Below are positions 51,200 through 63,418 of a stretch of 64,000 bases of DNA, piece after piece. Source of the stretch: Octopus bimaculoides (Eukaryota). Position 1 is the stretch's first letter. Each line of letters begins with the position of its first letter. The position numbers and the translations under genes were made by a program. The notes under the pieces were generated by a model, which saw only the letters and a program-made list of their open reading frames with translations, was not told where the DNA came from and made no database searches. The stretch is from assembly GCF_001194135.2 (NCBI RefSeq), contig NC_068986.1, positions 40,183,998-40,247,997 on the forward strand, written 5' to 3'.

Positions 51200-51421
51200 T
51201 CCTTTCTACTATTAGCACAAGGGCTGAAATTTTGTGTGTGTGGGGGGGGGGTAAGTAGATTAGATCGACCCCAGCACTCAACTGGTACTTAATTTATCGA
51301 CTCCGAGAGGATGAAAGGCAAAGTCGACCTCGGCGGAATTTGAACTCAGAACGTAAAGGCGGACGAAATACCGCTAAGCATTTTGCCCGACGTGCTAACG
51401 ACTCAGCCAGCTCACCGCCTT
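51200..51421 (-). mobile_element. SINE family B, near intact
   Basis: Near-consensus with CpGs retained. Confidence 0.9.
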
Positions 51422-51424
51422 CAA

Positions 51425-51642
51425 TAATTGGCCCTTTTCGTCTATGCAGACGGTCAATTCAGATTCGAGGTCACTTAATCGAACTTTTTCTCGCAGCTTC
51501 TTTCATGGCTGATTCTTCCTATGATTGAAGTGCAGCTTCTGTCACAGTACTTGCATACCAAGAGGATGGCTCGGCGCTCTGCGTTTGTGTTGTTTTCCTT
51601 TCGCCGCTGACGCTTCTCAACTTGCTTGTTTCTGTAGCGCCT
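51425..51642 (-). mobile_element. RTE LINE 3' relic encoding the terminal C2H2-like zinc finger (more decayed sequence may extend to ~52100)
   Basis: RRYRNKQVEKRQRRKENNTNAERRAILLVCKYCDRSCTSIIGRISHERSCEKKFD* matches the RTE ORF-end motif CxxCxRxCxSxIGxxSHxxxC. Confidence 0.75.
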
Positions 51643-53339
51643 TCAATATTACCTAATAATAAAATAGCTTAAGCAACAACAACACACTCGATGGGTTTAG
51701 TATCTGTACTCAATTTTATCACTTTTATTTTTCATTGTACTTTGAGGTTGTCAAAGAACCACTTACAGTACAGAGATTTATTATCAGTGTCTTGGACTTG
51801 AGAACACTAGACCAAATTGAGCACGTCGTGTAACCTCTTTTGTGCATCTCGAGATGCACCGAGGTTTAGCGTATTTACAGAAATCATTGTTTGTTGAGCA
51901 AACTCTTGAGACACGTCCTTGATAAGTTTATCCGAGCTGCAATACTTAGGTCAAACGGAGAATAAAGACAGATACTTTGTTTTTGAATTGATGTTGGGTG
52001 CTCTGCAAGCCGAGGATATTGATATGTTTAACAGTGGGTTCTGCACGATCATACAGTACCAAGGGGGCAATGCTTCAGCGATTTTTCGGGTATGCCCGCA
52101 TTAGAGCAATGTGATATTAACGCAATTTCCGCTAATTAACTGTTGGTGGATCTTAAGTCAATCGCATGGTAGCCATGTGTAAGCTAATGTAATTATCATT
52201 AGTGTAATGCGAGGTATACATTGCCACCATCCCTTTGGCAAAGGTTATCATGTACTTTACTCTGCCACTACGTAAAAGGTAGTTACTTATATATCTAAAA
52301 TGCATGTGTATGCGAGTGAAAAATATCAATATGGGCCAAGCACTGATTTGCTATATAGTTTAGAGGAAAAGTGACAAAGGAATGTCATCATTTCTTCTTT
52401 TTTTTTCTTTCACCGATGTTTACATCTTTGGTGAAAAATTCAGTGTTTCACACACCACATGCACACACGATGGGCTTCCACTGTTTTTATTTGCAAAATT
52501 CCACTCATAAGGTATTGGGCGACTTGAGATTATGGTATAAGAAAATACTTGCCTCGAGTGCAGAGCTGAACGATCAAATCTAGAATCACATGATTACAAA
52601 GTGAACATGCATTTAAATCTTTTCGTTTTAAATATTGAAAGGGGGAAAAAAAAAAAAAGGTTACGATTTTGGTACAACAGAAAAGTAGAACAGAAATTCT
52701 GCTTTTAGAATTATGTGTATGTGGGAAATCTCTTGGTGCGAGTTACACGTATGATTTAGTGGAGGCTACTGGTGCTTTTATTTATGTGTGAAGTGGGGAT
52801 TTGTCTTAGCCCAGAATATACATACATACATTTTATATAATATGAATGTGATCCTCACTCAGTATCTTTACTTTGCTGTGTATATTGTTTATGGTTTATT
52901 ACAGTGGCTCTCAAACTAACAAAATACCTTCTACTCCACAAACGTAGTGGATGCAAACCCAGTTTTTAAGAAGGGTATTCAAAGAGTGTTCATTGCCTCC
53001 TCCCTTAGAATTTTAGCGGGTGCACTTGCACTTCCTGTACTCGAGCCTACGTCTCTCCAACAGGCAAAAATATTTTAGTGAACTTTCCTCCCTCCTCCTT
53101 ATTAATGAGAAAGCAAAATCACTCGTTGTGATGTTGTTGGAAAACTTTAAAAAGTTTCTAAACCATCTAACATTATTAGAAATACCCCTTTTTAATCCTC
53201 ACCCCCCACACACCAAGGAACAGGTGTAATTTCCCGGTCCTCTTCTCCCCATGACATTGGCTTCTTATTTCAACGCCTGCTTTTTTCATGTATTTACATA
53301 TGTACTTGTTAACAGATAAATATCTGCTGCATATTTTAT

Positions 53340-54047
53340 CGACCGGGGGCAACTAGTACTTAATTTATCGACACCGAAAGGATGGGAGGTTAAGTGGACC
53401 TCGGCGGAATTTGAACTCAGAACGTAGCGACGGGCGAAATACTGCTAAGTATTTCGTCCAGCGTGCTAACAATTCTGCCAGCTTGCCGCCTTCATAATAA
53501 TAATGGTTTCCAATTTTAGCACACAGCCAGCAATTCCAGGGGAAGGGATAAGTCAGTTACATCGAATTCAAAAGGATGAAAGGCAAAATCAATCTCGGCG
53601 GAATTTGGACGAAAGTAAATACGTACGCCCACTGTTTCGTTACACCGAAAACGGGTGGTGTACGTATTCTTTACTCAGAACGTAAAGACGATTCTACCAG
53701 CTCACCACCTAACAACAATTCTTTCTACTATAAGCACAAAACCCGAGGGGAACTAGTCAATTGCATCAACTCCAGGGTAAATTTTCAGATTAACATCCGC
53801 ACAGTTTTCTCTCAGGGGTTAGGGTTACGGACGGAATTCCCTAACCCTAAAACCCTAACACCCTAGTGAAAATCGTGCGGGTGTTAATCTGAAAATTTAC
53901 CGACTCCACTGCTCAACTGGTACTTATTTCATTGAACTCGAAGAGCAAAGTCGACCCTGGCCGAATTTGAACTCAGAGCATGAAGACGGACGAAACACCA
54001 CTCAGTATTTTCCCGGCGTGCTAACGATTCTGCCATCGCACCGCCTT
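53340..54047 (-). mobile_element. Head-to-tail array of SINE family B copies with two nested insertions
   Basis: Three cores visible; insertions at 53612-53672 and 53776-53901. Confidence 0.85.
53776..53901. mobile_element. 126-bp Merlin-like MITE with telomere-like internal repeats
   Basis: 27-bp TIR GGTAAATTTTCAGATTAACA(T/C)CCGCAC; imperfect 8-bp TSD AACTCCAG/GACTCCAC. Confidence 0.75.
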
Positions 54048-54624
54048 AAAAATAAATAAATAATGTATTAAGCAATCTAATTAAAACTTTATATTTGTTG
54101 ATTTAAATTAGTATCAATTCACAAAACTGCTTCGCTTATTTATTTATTTATTTATCAAATGTACACTTTCCTTCTCTATCTCTCTCACACGTGCGCGCAT
54201 TCCCCGTTCTTCTAAGACGTTATCGCTTCGGTTATTATTTTCTTAACTTTTAACCCTTTTCATTTTCTTTCCATTCAATTTCATTCTTCCTTTATGCCGA
54301 AACTGCTCTTTACTTTCATCCTTTTATTATCGTATTACAATTTCTTCCTTTCCGTATAAGGGGGTGGGTGAATAATATGAATACAAAAGAATGAAATAGA
54401 GAATAGAGAGAATAATATATATGAGTGGGTTGTTACTGGATCCAACGAAACGAAAGAGCTAGAGCCAGAGATAGCCCCCACTCGCCGTTATGTTATATTA
54501 GTTGAAACATTTTATCGAAATATTAACGATACTACTACATTCTAAATACACACCACCCACACACACATATAAATCTCTCCCCCTCACATATTTATTGTAT
54601 GTATGTAGTGAGTGTATATACGTG

Positions 54625-54666
<42 letters not shown>

Positions 54667-54757
54667 GCTGATGAAAAAAAATAGAACTCAAAATAATATA
54701 TGTATATTTTTAACTAATATTTAGTGAGTGTGTGTGTGTATGTATGTATATATATTT

Positions 54758-55055
54758 ACACACACGCAGGGTGGGCCAAAAGTCACGCACGAAATAAGTT
54801 CAATACGCTCCGGAATTGTCAAAGGCATACTTCAGTTTTTCTAAAATTGAATAAAATATATAAATTAATGAATACACACGTACTTGTACATGATGAGCAA
54901 AATGAATGATAGCGTGATATNNNNNNNNNNAAATATATAAATTAATGAATACACACGTACTTGTACATGATGAGCAAAATGAATGATAGCGTGATATAAA
55001 AAAAAAAAAAGTCAAATGTTGGTCCGTGACTTTGGGCCCTCCCTGCGTGTGTGTG
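54758..55055. mobile_element. Tc/mariner-type MITE with an assembly duplication across a 10-N gap
   Basis: TIR CAGGGTGGGCCAAAAGTCAC / GTGACTTTGGGCCCTCCCTG. Confidence 0.8.
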
Positions 55056-55569
55056 TATATATATATATTTTTATATGTACACATGGACATTGTGTCCTCT
55101 GTACATGGGTCTCTGACATTTATTTCTTTAGCTGGTTTGTACCATGTTTTTTTTTTTTTTTGGTGGGAAGGGTCAAGCCTTAGTTTTCACTCGTGTTTAT
55201 TACTGTTTGCCTGTCTCTATATCGCAGAGAGCGATCTAAAGATCGCCAGTATTAAAGAGACACCGACACACACACACGTACAGAAATATATTGAACATGT
55301 TCACAAATGTTTTCCATTTACGTGTTGGTTTTTGGCTATTTTAATTATTTTCCATTTTACTTGTACGGACGGTTGTAATCTATATATTTATCTTCTGCGA
55401 ACTTTCTGAAATAGAATTTCAAACCCACCACCCCCGTTTCATTCTGTCATTCATTCATTTGCATGTCTTCAATGCTTACTTCTTCAATTCTACTTTTTAC
55501 GATATATCGTAAATCTTCCTTTGGTTCTTCTTTCTCAGTCTTTCTTTTCCTGCTTGCTTATTGCTTCAC

Positions 55570-55940
55570 TTGTACTACTATTTGTAGTATTGCTAGTATT
55601 ACGATCGTAACCATTACTATTAGTACGGCTTGTATTATCACTACAACTACTATTATTAGTACGACTAGATAACCACAACTAGAATACAACTACTATTACT
55701 ATTGTCAACACCGCACCACTGTTACTGTCTCTATCGTCAACATCGCCTCTAATATTAATTACTACGACTGCTACAACCGCCAGTCACTATTACTGATATT
55801 ACCACTAGTACAACCATCACCACCAGTTTTCCCTCATCCTACCTTGTTATCACTGTTCTTGTCATCACATCTATTAGCTGAACCAGGCTACATACCCTCG
55901 AATTCATCCACTCTCACCGACTCTACATAACCACTGCTGT
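55570..55940. repeat. Degenerate (ACT/ACC)n low-complexity tract
   Basis: Directly visible; explains the Thr-rich ORF 55463-55672. Confidence 0.75.
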
Positions 55941-57254
55941 CAGCGTTCTGCATCCCCTTCTTATAACTCCTTTCTCCTAGCATGCTTCAAGCATGGTTAT
56001 TCGGGGTAGGAGGATATTATACTCCTACACTCTCTCTGGGATATAGGGAGATCATCTTTTTCTCCCCTCTACCTACTCTTTTGCAGTATACTATGATGAA
56101 AGTCTAATTTTTAAATTATTTTATCGTTCCTCTTTTACTTGCTGCAGTCATTGGACTGCAGCCTTTTGCGGCACAGCCTTGAAGAGAGTTTTAGTCGAAT
56201 AAGTTGACCCCCACCCCTGTACTTTACTTTTGTTTTTAAGTTTGGTACTTATTCTATCAGCTCTCTTTTGTTTACGACCCTTAAGTCACGAGGACGTAAA
56301 CAAACCAGCACCGGTTGTCAAGTTGTGGAAACAATCAGAAACACTGACATACATACATACGTATTTATGTATGCCATGTGTTTAAGAAGTTCAGTTCACA
56401 ACCATGTAGTTTCCGGTTTAGTCCAACTGCACAACATCTTGGGCAAGGTTCTTCTACAACTTTGAGCTGGCTAGAGTCTTGTAAGTTAATTTGATTGATA
56501 GAAACTGAAAGCAGCTCATCATATGAGTGTGTTATGCATGCATGAGTGTCTTTTTGTCTTGACGTTACATTCTTATTATAAATATTTACTGTTCATATGA
56601 AAGCAGTGGTTTGTTTGCGATATTCCATGGAAATATGACCGGGATATTGAGCTGTTCATGTGTAAAGGTCTCAGCAGAAATATTGTTTTGCTTGGAAACA
56701 GATGAAAGTTGTTCACAAGAAGAGCAAATTCCCTGACCTATGTAAGTGTGAAAGAGTGAACCTTAAATCAATGATGATGTAGGTCTCTCTTTGTCTGTCT
56801 CTCTGTCTCTCCCCCTCTCTCTCTCTCTATCTATCTATCAATATATATATTTATATAAAGGGCATTATTATAAAAAAATAACAACGCCACACAGTGGACT
56901 TCTCAAAATAACCACATTTAGTACCTATGCGAGGAAAAAACAACCAACAGAAGATGACCAACTTTCTTTTAAAATAGACTTAATTGCGTATCGACCGATT
57001 TCGCGATTACTAGAATGAATCTAGATTTCGTTCATCAGCACAATATTGTCCCAAAAATATATATAAATAAACAGAATTCTCACCTCACCAAAACTGAACA
57101 ACTACGTATCCGACAGAGTAAAGGGAATGAAGTTTATCTGTGTATATCTTCATCAAATTTTTTTACACACTGGCTTCTTGATAACATTCTTGTAAAAGAG
57201 TTTTATCCTTTTTTGAATTTATTTATCAATATATATATATATATATATATATAT

Positions 57255-57640
57255 TCTCTTTTACTCTTTTACTTGTTTCAGTCATTTAACTGCGGCCATG
57301 CTGGAGCACTGCCTTTAGTCGAGCAAATCGACCCCAGGACTTATTCTTTGTAAGCCTCTTACTTATTCTGTCGGTCTCTTTTGCCGAACTGATAGGTTAC
57401 GGGGACATAAACACACCAGCATTGGTTGTCAAGCGATGCTGGCGGGAACAAACACACACACACATATATACGTATATATGACGGGCTTCTTTCAGTTTCT
57501 ATCTACCAAATCCACTCACAAGGCTTGTCGGCCCGAGGCTATAGTAGAAGACACTTACCCAAGGTGCCATGCAGTGGGACTGAACCCAGAATCATGTGGT
57601 TGGGAAGCAAGCTACTTACCACACAGCCACTCCTGCGCCT
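57255..57640 (-). mobile_element. SINE family A, full length, inside (TA)n
   Basis: Near-consensus reverse complement. Confidence 0.92.
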
Positions 57641-58313
57641 ATATATATATTAGACTGTGATCTTGTTGGTGTATTACTAGTGACCACAGTATTTATGTCA
57701 GTCTACTACTTATTTCAGAGGTTGTTAGTGAACTGGTAAGTTACTGGATATGATATAAATAGCCAACACACACTCTCACATACACAGTTGATATACTTTT
57801 GCACTGCTTCTGTCTACCAAATGCCACTCATAAGCCATTGGTCAGTTGAAAGCTATAGTAGAAAAGTAGAAGGTACTGCCATGGGATCAAATGTAGGACC
57901 ACATGATGCCAATACTTGTGTATGTATATATATAAAATAATAATACAAAGAATATGTATGCATGTATACCCACATATATGTACATACTTACATCTACATG
58001 TGTATATAGAGGCATATCAGGGTACAGGACGTTAGAAAAATGAACCACAGACAACGGAACGAACACATAGGAAAACAGATAGCCACTTGAAATTAATCCT
58101 TCGTCAGCTGCCTCTATTCTAACTAGACATTTTGAAGATAAGGCAGAACGTACTCCAGAATAGTCTCTTCCTGAGTAGTGGATCGACCCACTAAACAGAG
58201 GATTCCAAGGTGGCAAACACAAACCAAGACAAGAAAAAATGGACAGTGAAAACAACATTAAAAAGCCGTACGGCCAAACGCGAATCTGGTATTGAACGCT
58301 ATATATATATATG

Positions 58314-58367
<54 letters not shown>

Positions 58368-58625
58368 TTAATTGTATATATGGCTATAAAATTTGTGTTC
58401 ATTTTTGTATGTTAGTATTTAGTATATGTATACATACACTAACATGTAAGCACGCACTGTGTTGAATGGAATTAAAAACAAAAAATTCATGCCAAACTTT
58501 CATGTCACTCTATGCTGCTTACACACACACACACACACACAAAGTTTTAAAAAAGTCTTTGAAAAAAAATGACTTATTCCTGATTCTGCTAGTCCCCCAC
58601 TGCCTTCATACACTGATCATCTCAC

Positions 58626-58713
58626 CAATGTGTTGTCAGCTGGAATCCTATTTCTTTTGGTAAAATAGGAAAAACATCCCAGTTTTTTATTTGATCATGT
58701 GTAAACATTCTCT
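58626..58713 (-). CDS. Candidate exon (E)RMFTHDQIKNWDVFPILPKEIGFQLTTH(W), phase 1-2
   Basis: Acceptor TCAACAG, strong donor TTG|GTGAGA; only one frame open. Confidence 0.3.
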
Positions 58714-58759
58714 CTGTTGATTTTATGTATGAAAGTAATTTGATAGTAAAGATAGAGCT

Positions 58760-58784
58760 GTTATTATTGTTGTTGTTGTTATTG

Positions 58785-58826
<42 letters not shown>
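58760..58826. repeat. (TTG/TTA)n microsatellite
   Basis: Directly visible. Confidence 0.95.
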
Positions 58827-58828
<2 letters not shown>

Positions 58829-59124
58829 TCCACTTAGTGAGAAAAGTATAATCATATCATATTTGTGGGTGTGTGATAGACATATACTTCACAAAGCTCA
58901 TCTTAATTCATGTAAACGAAATATTCTTTGTTCATTGAGAATGTTCAAAAACTGATTAGAAATAAGTCAGGGCTATGGTTTTCAGCTGGGCTTCATAGTA
59001 AGTTGGGGATCTACAATAAGTATTTTAAAGGTCACTGAAAAAAAGAAAAATTTACTTTAGATATATGTATTGTTATGTATTGCAAGAAACAGCTAGATTT
59101 CTTTCTCTTACAATTAATATTTAG

Positions 59125-59455
59125 GTGCAGGCGTGGCTGTGTGGTACGAAGCTTGCTTCCCAACCTCATGGTTCTGGGTTCAGTCCCATTGCGTTGCACC
59201 TTGGGCAAGTGTCTTCTACTATAGTCTCAGTCCAACCAAAGCTTTGTGAGAGGATTTGGTAGATGGAAACTGAAAGAAGCCTGTTATATAATATATATGT
59301 GTGTTTGTACTCCTACCATCGCTTGACAACCAATGTTGTGTTTACGACCCGTAACTTAGTGGTTCAGCAAAAGAGATTGATAACAAATAAGCCCTGGTGT
59401 GGGTCGATTTGTTTAACTAAAAAGCCCCTTCAGTCTAATTACTGAAACAAGAATA
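59125..59455 (+). mobile_element. SINE family A with internal deletions
   Basis: Head and partial 3' module. Confidence 0.82.
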
Positions 59456-59769
59456 AAATAATAGTTCTACCTACACAAGTTAATGTGTGGAAAACAAAAT
59501 AGGAATTTTGAAAGAAGTTTATATAAAACTAGTTTTTAAACATTGAATGGCTATGGGGGTCCACCAAAATAAAATAGGGATGAAAGCGGTCCATAGATAA
59601 ATAATGGTTGAGAACTCCTGGTCTATATGGAGGAAGTAAATGGAAATGAGAAATCTTGACTATATTCTATTGTAAGAAAAATATGTGTTTATCAGACTTA
59701 CCTGAGACATCTAGATGTTTAGGCACCTTTCTGCAACTATTCAACTGGGGTGAGTGATTCTAGTAATAT

Positions 59770-59982
59770 TGGTTTCAAATTTTGGCACAATGCCTGCAGG
59801 TTTAGGGGAGGGGCTAAGTTGATTACGTCGATCTCTGTTTTCAACTGGTACTTATTTTATGAACCCTGAAAGGATGAAAGGCAAAGTTGACTGCAGCAGA
59901 TTTTGAACTCAGACTGTAAAGATGGACAAAATGCTGCTAAGAATTTTGCCCCTGCTAACAATTTTGCCAGCTTGCTGCCTTA
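59770..59982 (-). mobile_element. SINE family B, strongly CpG-decayed
   Basis: Consensus CG sites read as TG/CA. Confidence 0.82.
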
Positions 59983-60478
59983 AAGTGATACAAGTAGTAT
60001 TACAGCCATCACTTGTGAATGTGACTTGATGGCATGTACTGTATTTTTACTAACTGTTTTAGACACCCATGTAGTCACAAGTAGGTCACAAGTAGCCATA
60101 AATATTCTCTTGGTCCTCCATCCCTGATCCTATGTAATATCCAGGGTGTTACTCCTGGAGGCAATGAGGGCTTCACTAGTACTGGGTTACTTACTTTACT
60201 TAAGCCCTTCATTCCCTATGGAGCACTTTCCATCAATGACTTTCCTCAGCTATTCATGACTCTGAGTTGTCAAGTCCACTCCTTCAGTGGTGAAGAGCTC
60301 ATGTAATCACACCCTGGATATTACTGTGGGTCAGGTATCAAGGATGCATGCACATGCATACATTCACATACTTGTATGTACTTTTACTGGTTTAATACTT
60401 ATCCCCACTTAAATGTAGGAACAAGAGTGCATTTTGTACCAAGAGTTTCTATCGTAGTATATCTGTCCCAGTATAGTC

Positions 60479-60757
60479 CAGGGGTTTTCAAACTTTTTGA
60501 CTTGCGGACCCCTTTATATTTCAGGCTTTACCTTAGGGACCCCCTTTATAAACGCTTATGAAAAATTATACATAAATATTTGCTTAAAGTAACATATTTT
60601 TACATTTGTTTATTTAACAGTATTTAACAAATAGGTTGATCGTCAATTAAAAGATTTCGATGAAAAAACATATATAAAATCAAATTGCCCATAAAAAGTA
60701 TTTGCTGTCCACGGACCCCCTGTCTTGTCCTTGCGGACTACAGTTTGAAAACCTCTG
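60479..60757. mobile_element. hAT (Charlie-like) MITE with perfect 8-bp TSD
   Basis: TIR CAGGGGTTTTCAAACT / AGTTTGAAAACCTCTG; TSD GTATAGTC at 60471-60478 and 60758-60765. Confidence 0.93.
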
Positions 60758-62486
60758 GTATAGTCTATTCTAATAGGATATCCTTGTTTAAATGAGGATA
60801 AATTTTACCTCTCATTATTAATACTGCCTACGTCACCAATATATACTTTTTTGTACTGGTTTCAGTCATTGAACTATGACCCTATTGGAGCTCTACCATC
60901 AGGTGTTTTTTGATGATTGTAGTGTCCCCAGTACTTCATTCACTCTAGTACATATTTTGTCATTCCATATTTCTATATTTTACTAAATGGATAAGTTACC
61001 ATACTGATTCAATACTGGTTTTGTTGCAAGTGGTAGTGTTTTGTGAAACACATACATGAATACATACATACATACGTATGTATGTACATACATGCATACA
61101 TAAATAAATGACAGGTTTCTGGATAGTTTCCAGTTACTAAATTCCACATGGTTTATATGTATATTAGAAGACACTTGTCCAATGTGCTGCACAGTAGGAA
61201 TGAACCCGGAAGCACGTGGTTACGTTGTGATCATCTTATTCAAACATCCCTGTTTGTATTTCTGTACAAATGTATTTGGTTTCAGTTGCCATGAAGCAGG
61301 GTGTGTTTGATTATATAATCTCACTGTATAACTGATGCTAATTTTGTTGTAGGAAGGGGCATGAAACTAAATATTTAAGGCATTTAGTCTCGATGCTTGA
61401 ACGCTAGCCCTTTTTACCACCCACAGACACTAACTTGATTCTTCTCAGTCATGATATGGATATCTTCTCCATCCTCTTTTGTTTTATATATATTATTACC
61501 TCTACCTTAGCGAAGGCGGAGGTATTGTTTTCAGTCATGTTTGTTTGTTTGCTTGTCTGTGGACAAGATATCTCGAGAACTGCTGGATGGATTCAGATGA
61601 AACTTTCATGTTACTTGATGGTTATTTTAGCTAAAGCTCCTTAGAATATCATGCATCTCACAGAATCTCTCGTGTTATGTCCATATGCTTAATTTACATT
61701 ATAGAGGGATTCTTTTACTGATCTATGCACATGATTTGGATTCAATTCTCAATTGTAGACATTTTGCATCACTTATCTCATTAATGTCTCAGAAAAAATT
61801 ATAAACCTCACACAGTGTCATTACTGTTAAACTATATCTTTCATTTTTTAAAACTTGTTTCAGTCTTTGGACTGCAGCCATTCTGGGGCACTGCCTTGAA
61901 AGGGTTTAGTTGAATAAATTGACCCAGTGCTTATTTTGTTTTAAAGTTTGATTCTTATTCTACAAGGATGTAAACAAACTAACACTGGTTGTTAAGTGAT
62001 GGTTTTACTTAGTGTCTCAGCTTGGCTGCAGTTCAATGCCTGAAGCAAGCAAACGAATGTAAGATATAGAATTGCTCAGAAATTTTGACTGGTTAAACAA
62101 GCCATTCTATTCAGTTACTTTCACAACTCATTCTGACTTGGAGCAGTGCACTCACCATAGTTGTTCTTCCTCATTATATCACCTTTGCACAGCAATTATA
62201 CAGCAAATTCAGAATGACTTCTGGGTAAAAATCAAAACATTATTCTCTAAATAATTCTGTTTTGCTATGCCATCTAATGTACAACCTTCTACATTTATTT
62301 CAGAATTTTTTTATCACTACTTTGGCAAATGTGGTGGATTCTTTTCTTTGCTGAAGAGGTCACAATAGGATTTAAAATAATAAATTGTTGATCAATATTC
62401 TTTTCTTTATTGCATAATTATTTCTAATTCACTTTTTAATTCTTCCTCGTTAGATACATTAACACTAACTTAACTATTAATGTTAA

Positions 62487-62705
62487 CCGTTAGCACTTAA
62501 TCCAGCCATATTCAGCCCAAATATTTGATCTGTTTTATGTTCAAACTGACCAGATTCAACCTCTCACACTTAACCTACAATGTCATTCTAGAAATAAACA
62601 ATGACATCATTGAAATCTCAAAGCTACAAGATAATGCCTGAATAATTCAAAGCAATGTAAATAAATAAGCATTATATTTGACAGAGTAATCTGAATGCTA
62701 AAGGG
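62487..62705. mobile_element. piggyBac-like MITE, opposite orientation to 31952-32170
   Basis: TTAA|CCGTTAGCA ... TGCTAAAGGG|TTAA. Confidence 0.82.
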
Positions 62706-62984
62706 TTAAAAACGTTTTAACTCATGTGATTTCTACTTTTTGCTGTTGGCTGAAGTGTCTTCTGTTATTGACTTGCACCAACCAGAATGTTAATTTCAGA
62801 AACTACCTCTGAGTAGGTTACAAAACTTCCTGCCAAAAGCATGTTAAAAACTTGGAAAAGTTTTGTTTGCTCGTTAGTTTCCTGCAATATCAACTCAACT
62901 AGAATTCACTTTTGTATCCAAAACTGGTGATGCTTTTACTATGATCACTTTTTTCTATTTTTTTTGGAACATTTCTGAATTATT

Positions 62985-63310
62985 TATGAACTTCTCGGAT
63001 ACGGTCCCACTGTGTCTTAAGAAAGTGTCTTCTACTATAGCCCTTGGCGAACAAATGCCTTGTGAGTGAATTTGGTAAATGGAAACTGTAGAAGTCTGTG
63101 TGGATATATATAAATGTGTGTGTCTTTGTGTTGTTCCCTACTCCACCACTTGACAAACAATGTTGGTTTATGTCTCTGTAACTTAGCAGTTGGGCAAAAG
63201 AGACCATTAGAATAAATATCAGACTTTAAACAGTATTTGTTTAACTAAAACTCAAGGTGGTGCTCCAGTATGGCTGCAGTCCAAAGACTGGAACATTGTA
63301 AAAGAAAAAG
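62985..63310 (+). mobile_element. SINE family A, diverged
   Basis: Body and 3' module match. Confidence 0.75.
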
Positions 63311-63336
63311 ATAAAATATAATCTTTAATTCATTGA

Positions 63337-63341
<5 letters not shown>

Positions 63342-63410
<69 letters not shown>

Positions 63411-63418
63411 TCCCTCTC
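63342..63418. repeat. (CT)n microsatellite
   Basis: Directly visible. Confidence 0.97.

Noticed and set aside
51550-51650. Apparent minus-strand host exon with AG/GT boundaries
   Set aside because: The frame continues into an RTE terminal zinc finger, so it is a LINE relic.
54860-54996. Direct repeat of ~66 bp
   Set aside because: Identical copies either side of a 10-N gap, so probably a scaffold overlap artefact.
57005-57045. Minus-strand CTGATGA-AC-GAAA-TCTAGAT hammerhead-like string (also CTGATGA-TTC-GAAA at 45241)
   Set aside because: No stem II and only ~3-bp stem I; compatible with chance.
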